Source of the DNA: Chloroflexota bacterium
GTDB taxonomy: Bacteria > Chloroflexota > UBA11872 > VXOZ01
Assembly (NCBI GenBank): GCA_963663275.1
Contig: OY760183.1
Location: 2,656,001 to 2,720,000, forward strand
DNA length: 64,000 bases
Direction of reading: 5' to 3'
The position numbers and the translations under genes were made by a program. Shown piece after piece: positions 37,599-46,828 of the stretch. The notes beneath the pieces were generated by a model. That model ran no database searches and was not told the origin of the DNA. It saw only the letters and a program-made list of their open reading frames with translations. Numbering within the stretch: position 1 is the first letter of the stretch; every line of letters begins with the position of its first letter.

Positions 37599-38399
37599 TC
37601 AGACGCCGCGCCAGTAATGATTGACCGGGCTGTGGCCCGCTCCAATCGCATAGGAATGCCGCAGCGCGCCGGTGAGGTATTCTTTCGCTTCGCGCACCGC
37701 GTCGGGCAGCGCCAGGCCCCGCGCCAGCAAGGCGGCAATGGCCGAGGACAGCGTGCAGCCGGTGCCGTGGTCGTTCCGGGTGGCAATCCGTTCTTGCTCG
37801 AACGTGTGGAAATCGGCGCCGTCGTAGAGCACGTCGCGGGCGGTGCCGGCGGCGTGGCCGCCCTTGATGAGCGCCGCGCCGCAGCCGAAGCCGACAATGT
37901 CGCGCGCCGCCTGGCGCATCCCGCTCTGCCCTTGCACCCGCCGGCCGAGCAGGCGCTCGACTTCCGGCAGATTCGGCGTGACGACCGCAGCCAGCGGGAA
38001 GAGAATCTCCCGGTACGCCGCTACCGCCGTATCGTCAACCAACGGGTCGCCGCTCTTCGCCGCCAACACCGGGTCCACCACCAGCGCCCGCGCCGCGCCC
38101 TCACGCACGGAATCTGCGTACGTGACGCTGTTGGCGACCGCCTCGATGATCTCGGCGTTAGCCAGCATACCGGTCTTGATCGCGTCCGCCCCGATGTCCG
38201 TCAGCACTGAGTCAACCTGGGCCGCCACCAGGCGGGGCGGCAAGGCCATCCAGTCCTGGACGCCGCGCGTGTTCTGCGCCGTAATCGCCGTGACGACAGT
38301 GCTGCCGTAGACGCCAAGCGCGCTGAACGTCTTGAGGTCCGCTTGCAGTCCCGCCCCGGCCCCGGAATCCGATCCGGCAATCGTCAAGACTCGTGTCAC
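37599..38399 (-). CDS. thiD: Hydroxymethylpyrimidine/phosphomethylpyrimidine kinase
   Basis: LTIAGSDSGAGAG.QADLKT, TAQNT, KTGML, TPNLPE, KGGH, HGTGCTLS. Confidence 0.96.
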   Translation of the reverse strand: MTRVLTIAGSDSGAGAGLQADLKTFSALGVYGSTVVTAITAQNTRGVQDWMALPPRLVAAQVDSVLTDIGADAIKTGMLANAEIIEAVANSVTYADSVREGAARALVVDPVLAAKSGDPLVDDTAVAAYREILFPLAAVVTPNLPEVERLLGRRVQGQSGMRQAARDIVGFGCGAALIKGGHAAGTARDVLYDGADFHTFEQERIATRNDHGTGCTLSSAIAALLARGLALPDAVREAKEYLTGALRHSYAIGAGHSPVNHYWRGV

Positions 38400-38472
38400 T
38401 GCTGGTCTCCCCGCGTCATAGCGCAATCCTGCGCACCATACCGGACAACCCGCGCCCCCACCGCCAACGCGC

Positions 38473-38799
38473 TTACTCCGCTTCCTCGCGGAACTTCTCG
38501 ATGCGCGACAATTGGCACGTCAGCCACACGTCCTTGGGCATACTCGGCTGGCCGTAAGCCGTAATCACGGTCTCGCCGGAATCCTCCAGCCGATCGAGGA
38601 GACCGGCGTACTGCGACTCCAGATACGGCAGCGTGAGTTTCGCCCTGGGCAGAGTGGAAAGCCGCGCCTGCAAGAGCACGATATTCGACTCTACCACGTC
38701 AAACGGCTCATAGACCCGGCCAAACGCCAGCGAAGGATCGTTGATCAACCGCTGCGTTGTCCGCCGGGCGTGTGTGTCAGGCACGTCGTTCTCTCTCAT
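38473..38799 (-). CDS. Hypothetical protein, 108 aa
   Basis: Natural amino-acid composition and codon usage, fills the gap between thiD and dnaN; no family recognised. Confidence 0.65.
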   Translation of the reverse strand: MRENDVPDTHARRTTQRLINDPSLAFGRVYEPFDVVESNIVLLQARLSTLPRAKLTLPYLESQYAGLLDRLEDSGETVITAYGQPSMPKDVWLTCQLSRIEKFREEAE

Positions 38800-38871
38800 T
38801 CACCGTCTCTTCACGCGGCCCCCTGCGCGCGCAACGAGCGCGGTCGCGCAGGCGCCATACCCTCCCATTCG

Positions 38872-38900
38872 TTGACAGAGGGTTGCGCTCAGTATACTAT
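38872..38900 (+). promoter_or_regulatory. Putative dnaN promoter
   Basis: TTGACA-17bp-TACTAT. Confidence 0.6.
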
Positions 38901-38991
38901 GGGTTTCACCTGCCGCCAATGTTCGCTTGGCGGTAGCTTACGGATTAATTGAACACACTTACTCTCTCAACTCTGTGTCGGAGCGCGCATC

Positions 38992-40167
38992 GTGGAAGTT
39001 TCGTGCTTGCAGGAGAATCTCGCCAGAGGTCTTGCCATCGTCGGCCGGGCCGTCGCTACCCGCAGCCCGTTGCCGGTGCTCAGCAACGTACTGCTTTCCA
39101 CCGACCAGGGGCGCTTGAAACTCTCCGCCATGAATCAGGAGATTGGCATCGTCCACTGGATCGGCTGCAAGGTTGAAGCCGAAGGTGAAGTCACGGTGCT
39201 GGCGCGGCTGCTGAGTGAGTTCGTCGGCTCTCTGCCCAACGAGCGCGTAGACCTGCGCCTGGACGCCGAGGAACTGACGCTTCACCTCAACTGCGGACGC
39301 TACCAGGCCAACGTCAAGGGCATCGCGGCGGAAGAGTTTCCGCCAATCCCGCTGGGCGAAGGCGAGCCGACCCTGGTGATCGACGCCGCCATCCTCAGCG
39401 AGAGCATCGAGCAGGTGGCGCTGGCGGCCGCCAGCGACGATCCGCGCCAGTACCTCCAGGGCGTGGCCGTAATCATGGAGCCGGATAAGGTGGTGCTGGT
39501 GGCCTCCGACGGCTTTCGCATGGCGGTGCGCACCCTCGCGGTAGAGACCGGCGTGGACGAAAAGACGGAATTCATCGTGCCGGCGCGCAGCCTGACCGAA
39601 CTCTCGCGCATCCTGGCCGATACCGAGCATCCGGTTGAAATCCGCCTGACGCAAAACCGCAACCAGGTCATCTTCAGCGCGGGCGACGTCCACCTGGTTT
39701 CGCGCCTCATCGAAGGCACGTTCCCCAACTACACGCAGATGATCCCGCCAGAGTCCCAAACGCAGATCAGAGTCCCCACGGCGGAATTGTTGCAATCCAC
39801 GCGCATGGCCTCGTTCTTTGCCCGCGACGGCGCAAACGTGATAAAGTTCGACGTTTCGCCCGCCGGCGAGCAGCCGGCTGAGGCGGACGGCGAGGCGGAC
39901 GGCAAAGCTGACGGCGCCGGCGGCAACCTCAACATCTCGGCCACGGCCACGGAACTGGGCGATTACCGTTCCGACCTGGAAGCCCAGATCGAGGGCGACG
40001 AGACCCTCATCGCCTTCAACGCCACTTACTTGATGGGCTGCATCGCCGCCATCAACTCCGAGGAAATCAAGATCGAACTCTCCGGTTCAACCAGCCCCGG
40101 CGTGATTCGCCCCACCGACGATACCGACTACGTCCACGTGATCATGCCGATGCATACGGTACGCTAG
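38992..40167 (+). CDS. dnaN: DNA polymerase III beta clamp
   Basis: RSPLPVLSNVL, EEFPPIP, ASDGFRMA, SRLIEGTFPNY, IAFNA.YL, VIMPM. Confidence 0.95.
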   Translation: MEVSCLQENLARGLAIVGRAVATRSPLPVLSNVLLSTDQGRLKLSAMNQEIGIVHWIGCKVEAEGEVTVLARLLSEFVGSLPNERVDLRLDAEELTLHLNCGRYQANVKGIAAEEFPPIPLGEGEPTLVIDAAILSESIEQVALAAASDDPRQYLQGVAVIMEPDKVVLVASDGFRMAVRTLAVETGVDEKTEFIVPARSLTELSRILADTEHPVEIRLTQNRNQVIFSAGDVHLVSRLIEGTFPNYTQMIPPESQTQIRVPTAELLQSTRMASFFARDGANVIKFDVSPAGEQPAEADGEADGKADGAGGNLNISATATELGDYRSDLEAQIEGDETLIAFNATYLMGCIAAINSEEIKIELSGSTSPGVIRPTDDTDYVHVIMPMHTVR

Positions 40168-40169
40168 GT

Positions 40170-41105
40170 ATGCCCATGGAAGTCGATCCCCAAACGCTCC
40201 TGCAAGAGGAGGCGCTGCCCGCGCCGGAGCGGGGCAACGTCATTCGCGCCGCGGTCTGCCAGTACGCGCCGGTGCTGGGCGACTTTGCCACCAACGTGGA
40301 GAAGAGCGTGGCGGCGATAGAAGAGGCGGCCGCGCGCGGCGCAGACCTGATCGTGCTGCCCGAGATGGCAAACAGCGGCTACGTGGTCCACTCCGGCGCG
40401 GAGGCGCGCGCGCTGGCGGAGAAACCTGACGAAAGCCCCGCCGCGGCAGCCTGGCAGCGGCTGGCGCGGGAGCACGAGACCTACATCGTGGCCGGCTTTG
40501 GCGAAAAAGTGAGCGACACGGCGCTCTACAATGCCGCGCTCGTCATCGGGCCCCAGGGCATCATCGGCACGTACCGCAAGACTCATCTTTTCTTCGAAGA
40601 GAAACTCTACTACCGGCCGGGCGACGCGGGCTTGCCGGTGTTCGATCTGCCATTTGGCCGCGTCGGCGTGTTGATTTGTTACGACCTGCGCTTTCCCGAG
40701 GCCAGCCGCATCTTGGCGCTGAAGGGCGCGGACGTAATCTGCGTGCCCACGAACTGGGTAAGCCTGATGACGCCGGACCGGCTCTATGACGCGCAAGGCT
40801 TCTGCCAGGCAAATTACGTGGCGCTGGCGAACGCCGCTATGAACCAGGTCTTCATGGCGTGCGCCGACCGGGTGGGCGCGGAGCGGGGCATCCAGTTCCT
40901 GGGATGCAGCGTCGTGTTCGATCCCGGTGGCGCGGCGCTGGCCGGGCCGGCGAGCGGGGACGGCGACGAGGTGCTGGTGGCGGAGATGAACCTCTCCACG
41001 GCCCGCCGCGCCAAGAGCCGCAACGACCTCAACCACACCTGGCTCGACCGGCGCACCGACCTCTACGGCCCCATGCTCGGCCACCAGGACGACCCAACCG
41101 CCTAG
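40170..41105 (+). CDS. Carbon-nitrogen hydrolase (amidase/carbamoylase-like)
   Basis: LIVLPEM..SGY, YRKTHLF, LICYDLRFPE, F.G.S. Confidence 0.92.
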   Translation: MPMEVDPQTLLQEEALPAPERGNVIRAAVCQYAPVLGDFATNVEKSVAAIEEAAARGADLIVLPEMANSGYVVHSGAEARALAEKPDESPAAAAWQRLAREHETYIVAGFGEKVSDTALYNAALVIGPQGIIGTYRKTHLFFEEKLYYRPGDAGLPVFDLPFGRVGVLICYDLRFPEASRILALKGADVICVPTNWVSLMTPDRLYDAQGFCQANYVALANAAMNQVFMACADRVGAERGIQFLGCSVVFDPGGAALAGPASGDGDEVLVAEMNLSTARRAKSRNDLNHTWLDRRTDLYGPMLGHQDDPTA

Positions 41106-41120
41106 CCATCCCCTTCCACC

Positions 41121-41320
41121 CGTAGCGCGGGGGCTTGTCCCCCGCCTCCTATCATCTTGCCGTAGCGCGGGGGCTCGTCCCCCGCCTCTTGTCGCACCGA
41201 CGTAGCGCGGGGGCTCGTCCCCCGCCTCCTGTCACCTTGCCTTAGCGCGGGGGCTCGTCCCCCGCCCCTTGTCACCTTGCCGTAGCGCGGGGGCTCGTCC
41301 CCCGCCTCCTGTCGCAGTGA
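41121..41320 (+). repeat. Five tandem 40-bp units of GTAG-type REP family B (CGTAGCGCGGGGGCT(T/C)GTCCCCCGCC)
   Basis: Starts at 41121, 41161, 41201, 41241, 41281; 14-bp linkers resemble each other. Confidence 0.92.
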
Positions 41321-41479
41321 ACAAACACGCTCGCTGTCTATGCGCTTCGGCTTGATCCTGGCCGCAGGGCTGTACATCGGGTTGTGCCGCTTGACGAGGT
41401 GGCCGCTCCACTCCTTGGCTGTGAGCAGTGTATACTCATTGAGAATCGACCTCACACTCTTGAATCGAGGGAAATCATA

Positions 41480-42379
41480 ATGCTGCTCACCGCCGATACC
41501 CTGCGCGGCGTCAACGTCGCCATCGTGACGCCGTTCCAGGAGAACCACGACGTAGACCTGGCCGGAGCGAAACGGCTGACGCGCTTTCTCATCGACGCCG
41601 GCGTCCACGGCATCATGACCACCGGCGGCAACGGCGAGTTCCCGCACATGCTGCCCGACGAAAAGAAAGCGGTTACCGCCGCCATCGTGGAGGAAGCCAA
41701 CGGGGAGATTCCGATCATCGCGGGCACCGCGGCCTCAGGCACGCGGGAAGCGGTGCTGCTCGGCCAGGACGCCCAGGCGGTCGGCGCGGACGGCCTGATC
41801 GTGACCGCGCCGTACTATTTTCAGGTCTCGGAGGACGCGCTCTTTGCCCACTACGAGGCGATCGCGACGACCGTAGACCTGCCGCTGGTGCTCTACAACA
41901 ACCCGCTCTACACCGGCAACGAGATCACGCCCGCCCTCATCGATCGCCTGGCGGACGTGACGAACGTGATTGGCCTCAAGCAGAGCAACGCCGACTTTGG
42001 CGTGCTGATGGAGAACATCCGCGTGAACGGCGGCAAGATTGCCGTGCTCACCGGCATCGACAGCCAGTTCTACGCCGCGCTCGCCTCGGGCGCGACCGGC
42101 ATCTTTTCCACCGCCGCCTGCGTGATTCCCCGCGAAATGGTGGCAATCTTCGACCTGGCGCAGTCCGGGTCGTTCGAGGAGGCGCGCCAACTGCAACTGA
42201 ATCTGCAACCGCTCAATCGCTACCTGGAGTACGATCCCGGCTACGTGGGACCGTGCAAGGCCGCCCTGCGCATGTTGGGACTGCCCGCCGGGCCGGTGCG
42301 CGGCCCGATGCCGGAAGTTACCGCTGAAGAAGAGGCCGGCGTGCGCGCCGCGCTTATAGAGATGGGCCTGCTCGCCTAA
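41480..42379 (+). CDS. Dihydrodipicolinate synthase-family aldolase/dehydratase
   Basis: AIVTPF, GGNGEF, APYY, LYNNP..TG, GLKQS, GPVRGP. Confidence 0.88.
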   Translation: MLLTADTLRGVNVAIVTPFQENHDVDLAGAKRLTRFLIDAGVHGIMTTGGNGEFPHMLPDEKKAVTAAIVEEANGEIPIIAGTAASGTREAVLLGQDAQAVGADGLIVTAPYYFQVSEDALFAHYEAIATTVDLPLVLYNNPLYTGNEITPALIDRLADVTNVIGLKQSNADFGVLMENIRVNGGKIAVLTGIDSQFYAALASGATGIFSTAACVIPREMVAIFDLAQSGSFEEARQLQLNLQPLNRYLEYDPGYVGPCKAALRMLGLPAGPVRGPMPEVTAEEEAGVRAALIEMGLLA

Positions 42380-42438
42380 GCGCCCGCATCGCCTAGCACA
42401 CTCTTGCCCCACGCACGCTCGACACATGCCCATCCACC

Positions 42439-42526
42439 GTAGCGCGGGGGCTTGTCCCCCGCCAACACGCCGCATCGCGCGCTCGCCCCCCGCCGACCCA
42501 CCGTAGCGCGGGGGCTTGTCCCCCAC
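42439..42526 (+). repeat. Two REP family B copies between convergent genes
   Basis: GTAGCGCGGGGGCTTGTCCCC at 42439 and 42503. Confidence 0.88.
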
Positions 42527-42566
42527 CTCTTGGCGTAATGCGCGCGAACCCCCCAGGCAAGGGCGC

Positions 42567-44471
42567 TTAGGCCTCAATCGCTTCCATAATCACGCGCCCC
42601 TCGACGTCGCGGGGTTGCGGCACGCCCAGTAGATACGCCAGCGTCGGCGCAATGTCCACGCTGCGCGCCTGCCCTTGCAGGGCCAACCCGCCGCGCACGT
42701 GGGGACCGTTGATGATGAAGGTCGTGTGCTGGCCGCCAATCCCCAGGCTGACCGCGGGCAGGTGGCGGCCGTGGCAGGCGTCGAACTCAGGATGCACCGC
42801 CCACACCACGTCGCCCACCAGGTCGCCCCAGAGGTTGAGCATCTCGGCGTTCTCGCGCGTGACCGCCAGGGCGAACGGCTGCCGGCCGCTCGCCGGATCC
42901 ACGTAGTTCGTCAGCGCGTGGATGATCTGCCGCTGCACTTTCTCAAAATCCTCCGGTTCCACGATGCCGCCGGGATCGCGCCCCTTGAGATTGACGAACA
43001 CGTGGATCGTCCCCACCGGAATGGCCGCGCTCTTGCTCAGGTCGATTTCGCCGGTGGCCGGATCCACGACCAGCAGGCCGACCTCTTTCAGCACGTCCGC
43101 CGCTTCGAGCGGCGGCGCCAGGTCCGGCGTGCCGCCGTGGTCTGAAGTCACCACCACGACCGTCTCGTCGTCCTGCAACTCCAGCAGCCGCCCGACCCAG
43201 CAGTCCACCGAGGCGATGATGCGGGTCATGCCTTCCACCGAACGCGCCACCACGTCTGCCGGCGCGCCGCAGCGCGGGTCCGTCTGCGCCATGAAGAAGT
43301 GGTTGCCGTAGTCGAGCGAGTGCACCTCGGTGAAGAGCACGTCCCAGTCGCGGGTGGCGCAGAGATGGTGCGCCACGTCCGCCAGGCAGTCGTGGTGCAC
43401 GTCTACTAACTCGAAGTACGTCTCATCGTCAATCAGCCCCAGGGCATCGCGCGCCGGGTTTTGCAGGAACGGCCCCACGTGGGTATCGATTTCCGCCGCC
43501 ACCTCCGCGGGATAGGTGTACTCTTCCGTGGCCCAGACCTGCGGCATGAAGACTTCGAACGTATCGGCGTCGGGAGTGAGCGAAATCAGCTTGAAGCGCG
43601 CATGGCCCGTGAGCGCGCGGCCGCCAATCGTGAACTGCTGCCGCGACCAGTCGCTCCAATCCCCCACGGCCAGGTCGGCGAGCGCCTGGCTGCCGTCGCG
43701 GCCGGCGCACACCCGCACCCGGTCGTAGCCCGAACCGGCCTGCGCGTAGATGAGGCAGTAGAACGTGCGCGGCTCGGCGCCATCCGTGCCCCAGGCAGTG
43801 AGGTCTGAACGGCCCCGGGCCAGGGGCTGCACGACAAGCTCCACCTCCAGGGGCGGCTTGGCAGAATCCGGCAGATTAGACCACTGTTCCCGGTCCGCCG
43901 GCCGCGGTTCCACCCGGTCTACGTCGTCGCCGTCCTGCACCGTGCTGGGATCCACCGCCTCCGCGTCCACCGCGCCGCCGATTGGGCGCGGCCGCCAGTT
44001 ACCGGAAACCCAGAGATGGTACCCCGCGATTTGATGGTGATTCGCCACGCCGGGGCCGGTGCCTTCCACCTGCACCCCGGTGGTAATCGTGGGCGGCCAC
44101 GACATCTCCCACTTCACCAGAATCGGCGTCTTGCCCGCGCGTTCCAGCGCATTCCAAAAGTACTCCGATTTGGAAAGCTCCGTATTGACGCCCCACACCG
44201 TTTCCGTCAACGGCCGGCCGCGCACGCGGATGTTGAAGTCCATCACTTCGTGGGTGCCCGGCCACGCGCCGGTGGCAATCGACGTCCAGCCGGGCGGCGT
44301 GAGCGTGGGGAAGACGCCCAGCATTGGCCGCCATGCGCCGGTGTCCATCAGGCGCTTGAGATGCGGCGTGGCGTCCTGCGCCGCCATGTGCCGCACGATC
44401 TCCATGCTCGCGCCGTCGATGCCGATCACTATCGCTCGTTTTGCCAACGCTGTCTTAGACGTAGTCGCCAT
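42567..44471 (-). CDS. Alkaline-phosphatase-superfamily nucleotide pyrophosphatase/phosphodiesterase
   Basis: IGIDGA, PTLTPPGWTSIATG, D...H, VTSDHG, VNLKGRDP.GIV, DIAPTLA. Confidence 0.85.
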   Translation of the reverse strand: MATTSKTALAKRAIVIGIDGASMEIVRHMAAQDATPHLKRLMDTGAWRPMLGVFPTLTPPGWTSIATGAWPGTHEVMDFNIRVRGRPLTETVWGVNTELSKSEYFWNALERAGKTPILVKWEMSWPPTITTGVQVEGTGPGVANHHQIAGYHLWVSGNWRPRPIGGAVDAEAVDPSTVQDGDDVDRVEPRPADREQWSNLPDSAKPPLEVELVVQPLARGRSDLTAWGTDGAEPRTFYCLIYAQAGSGYDRVRVCAGRDGSQALADLAVGDWSDWSRQQFTIGGRALTGHARFKLISLTPDADTFEVFMPQVWATEEYTYPAEVAAEIDTHVGPFLQNPARDALGLIDDETYFELVDVHHDCLADVAHHLCATRDWDVLFTEVHSLDYGNHFFMAQTDPRCGAPADVVARSVEGMTRIIASVDCWVGRLLELQDDETVVVVTSDHGGTPDLAPPLEAADVLKEVGLLVVDPATGEIDLSKSAAIPVGTIHVFVNLKGRDPGGIVEPEDFEKVQRQIIHALTNYVDPASGRQPFALAVTRENAEMLNLWGDLVGDVVWAVHPEFDACHGRHLPAVSLGIGGQHTTFIINGPHVRGGLALQGQARSVDIAPTLAYLLGVPQPRDVEGRVIMEAIEA

Positions 44472-44584
44472 TGTCTTGATGCTCTCCTCTGGGAACTGTT
44501 CGCTGGAATCCACGCCCTGCACCGTCATGCCAAGGCGTTACGTGCCAACACCGTAGAAAAACTTGGCTTTGACTGCCTGCCTCC

Positions 44585-44739
44585 GGTAGCGCAGGCTCGC
44601 ACGAAGCGCGCGCATAGCCTGCGTCCGCCGCCGTCGTGCAAGCATTAGCCTCTAGCAGCGCAGGTTTGTAACCTGCGGCCGGGCAAGAATCATGCCGGCC
44701 CATGCCAAACCGGATGCGGGGGACAAGCCCCCGCGCTAC
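44585..44739. repeat. Mixed REP cluster (degenerate A, A, inverted B)
   Basis: GCAGCGCAGGTTTGTAACCTGCG at 44655; GCGGGGGACAAGCCCCCGCGCTAC at 44716. Confidence 0.8.
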
Positions 44740-44822
44740 GTGCGTGCGCAATGAGGGACTTTCGTTGCCATCCGGTCGTTCCGGCACGCGCAGGAGTGAC
44801 GGTTGCCAGGCCGCCCCGCCCC

Positions 44823-45920
44823 CTAGGTTACGATTTCTTCTCGCGCCACCACGCGCCCGCTCTTGCTGGAGCGAATCGCCGCGGCGGTCATGGCGATCGT
44901 ATTGAGGTTGTCGCGGGGCGTCACGGCGGGTTCGCGTCCGTGCGCGGTCGCGCCGATCAGGTCGCCCAGCGGGCCCTGAAACGCATCCGGGAACCACGAG
45001 CCTTCCAGCGGAAAACGGTGCACCCGGTCAGGCTCTTCCACCCGCGCCGCGCAGACCTCGCCGCTGGAACCCCACACGCTGCCCTCCGTGCCGTCAATCC
45101 ACCACGTGTACCCGTGAGCGCCGGTGGCGCGGACGATGTTGTTGAACTGCATGCTTGCCATCAGTTCCACCCGGCCGCCCACCTCGCCAAATTCGATGTT
45201 GGCCGCGTACGTCAGCGGGTCCGGGCCGTTCTGGTCCGGCAGCATGGCGGTGGTGCAATGGAGCCGCGTCCACTCGCGGCTGCCCGCCGCCGGCGACGCG
45301 GCGAAGTAGCGGCAGAGGTCCAGGTAATGCACGCCGTGATCGCCGATGTTGAAGTCCGCCAGGTTCGTCCACCACATGTTCGGCTGGTCTTGAAAGGAGC
45401 GCCTGAGGTGCTGGATGCCGTACACCTGCCCCACGACGCCCCGGTCCATGAGCACGCGCAAGGCCTTGTGCTCCGGCGCCCAGCGCGCCTGCTGGTTCAC
45501 CGCCAGCGCAATGCCCGCCTCTTCCGCGATCGCGATCAGTTCCGCCGCCAAGCCATAGTCCATGTGCAGCGGCTTCTGCGTCAGCACCGGCCGGGGCGCG
45601 TGGGCGACGGCCAGCAGCGTCTCCTTGCGGGCCGCCGGATGCAGCGCCATGTCGATAACGCGCACCTCTTCCCGCGCCAGCAGGGCGTGGATGTCCGTCG
45701 TCCAGAATGGGATATTCCACCGTTCCGCCGTCGTCCGCGCCGCCTCTTCATCCAGGTCGCAGCAGGCGACGACGTGGTATCCGGCCTCGCGATAGGCGGG
45801 CAGATGCGCGCCGTTGGCAATGCCGCCGCAGCCGATCAGCCCCACGCCAAACTGCGCCAGGTCTACCCCGGGCGGCGGACCGGGACGGTAGTCTTCCGGT
45901 TGCAAAGAGAGGGCTTCCAT
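44823..45920 (-). CDS. Gfo/Idh/MocA-family NAD(P)-dependent oxidoreductase
   Basis: GLIGCGGIA...HLPAY, QKPL, AVNQQARWAP, D.GVHYLD, IDGTEGS. Confidence 0.9.
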   Translation of the reverse strand: MEALSLQPEDYRPGPPPGVDLAQFGVGLIGCGGIANGAHLPAYREAGYHVVACCDLDEEAARTTAERWNIPFWTTDIHALLAREEVRVIDMALHPAARKETLLAVAHAPRPVLTQKPLHMDYGLAAELIAIAEEAGIALAVNQQARWAPEHKALRVLMDRGVVGQVYGIQHLRRSFQDQPNMWWTNLADFNIGDHGVHYLDLCRYFAASPAAGSREWTRLHCTTAMLPDQNGPDPLTYAANIEFGEVGGRVELMASMQFNNIVRATGAHGYTWWIDGTEGSVWGSSGEVCAARVEEPDRVHRFPLEGSWFPDAFQGPLGDLIGATAHGREPAVTPRDNLNTIAMTAAAIRSSKSGRVVAREEIVT

Positions 45921-46003
45921 GGGGGCGCCTCCGTCACTTACACGAACTCTACGTGGCTTTCGACGAGCGGAACCGGGCCGGTCGGGTGTGTGTCATTCCC
46001 TTA

Positions 46004-46174
46004 GAGCCTGTTTACGATCTGCTTAGAGGGTGTCTGTGAAGCCGTTGCAAACCGTTCGTGCTGAGCCTGTCGAAGCATGAACGGCAATTCGCAGCCTCGC
46101 GGCAGTTCCGTTTACCCTTCGACAGGCTCAGGGCGAACATCCCTCGTGCAGACAAAACGATCGTAAACAGGTTC
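46004..46174. mobile_element. MITE, 171 bp, IS5-like ends with TTA target duplication, carrying a CTGAGCCTGTCGAAG/CTTCGACAGGCTCAG doublet
   Basis: TIR GAGCCTGTTTACGATC vs GAACCTGTTTACGATC (15/16); TTA at 46001-46003 and 46175-46177. Confidence 0.8.
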
Positions 46175-46732
46175 TTACCGCACCGGCTCGGTCTGAGAGC
46201 GGCGCGCGGCTTCCGCGTCCGCGGCGAAATCGGCCCCGTCGTGCCGCTCCGGCTCATACGCCTCGTAGGCGCGGTCTCGATAGAGCAGCGGCACACGCGC
46301 CCTGCCCGCGCCGGCCGCTTCAACCTGGCCGATGAAGAGCACGCCGGATCCGGCCCGGTGCAAGGCGTAGACGGCGCAATCGAGCCAGCAGACGCTCTCC
46401 GGGAAGATGGGCGCGCCCGTCACCGCGCTGTCATGGGCAATATGCTCGAACACCGCGTCCTTGGCGGTGCCGGGACGGGCGAAGGCCGCGCCGATCGGCT
46501 GTTGCGCCACGCCCAGCACGTTCACGGCGAACGCGCCGGCCGCCTGGATGCGGCGGCACGTGGCGTTGCTCTCGGACACGCTGATCATGACCAGCGGCGG
46601 TTCCAGGGCAATCGACGTAAACGAACTCGCCGTCATGCCGTGCAGCCCTTCCGCGTCCCGCACCGTTACCACCGTAACGGGCTGCGCCACCTGGCGCATG
46701 ACGGCGCGGAATGTCTCAGCGTCTAGCGGCAT
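46175..46732 (-). CDS. Flavin reductase-like FMN-binding protein
   Basis: FR.VM, VTVVT, GMTASSFTSIALEPPLV, FAVNVL, TGAP, PLLY. Confidence 0.9.
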   Translation of the reverse strand: MPLDAETFRAVMRQVAQPVTVVTVRDAEGLHGMTASSFTSIALEPPLVMISVSESNATCRRIQAAGAFAVNVLGVAQQPIGAAFARPGTAKDAVFEHIAHDSAVTGAPIFPESVCWLDCAVYALHRAGSGVLFIGQVEAAGAGRARVPLLYRDRAYEAYEPERHDGADFAADAEAARRSQTEPVR

Positions 46733-46828
46733 GTGGCCCTCGTGCTCCCTGCGGCGGGACTTATATTCACTAACGCAGTCTTACGTATAGTATACCGCAC
46801 CACTAGGAATTCCGGGTTGCGGGCGCGC

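Noticed and set aside
38800-38991. oriC near dnaN
   Set aside because: No TTATCCACA boxes or AT-rich unwinding repeats, and no dnaA
41121-41320. CRISPR-like array (palindromic 26-bp repeat, regular spacing)
   Set aside because: Linkers are only 14 bp and resemble each other, the repeat is dispersed singly elsewhere, and there is no leader or cas gene; it is a tandem REP
45938-45950. Shared 11-mer TTACACGAACT with 36089-36099
   Set aside because: Two non-palindromic occurrences only, with no functional link evident
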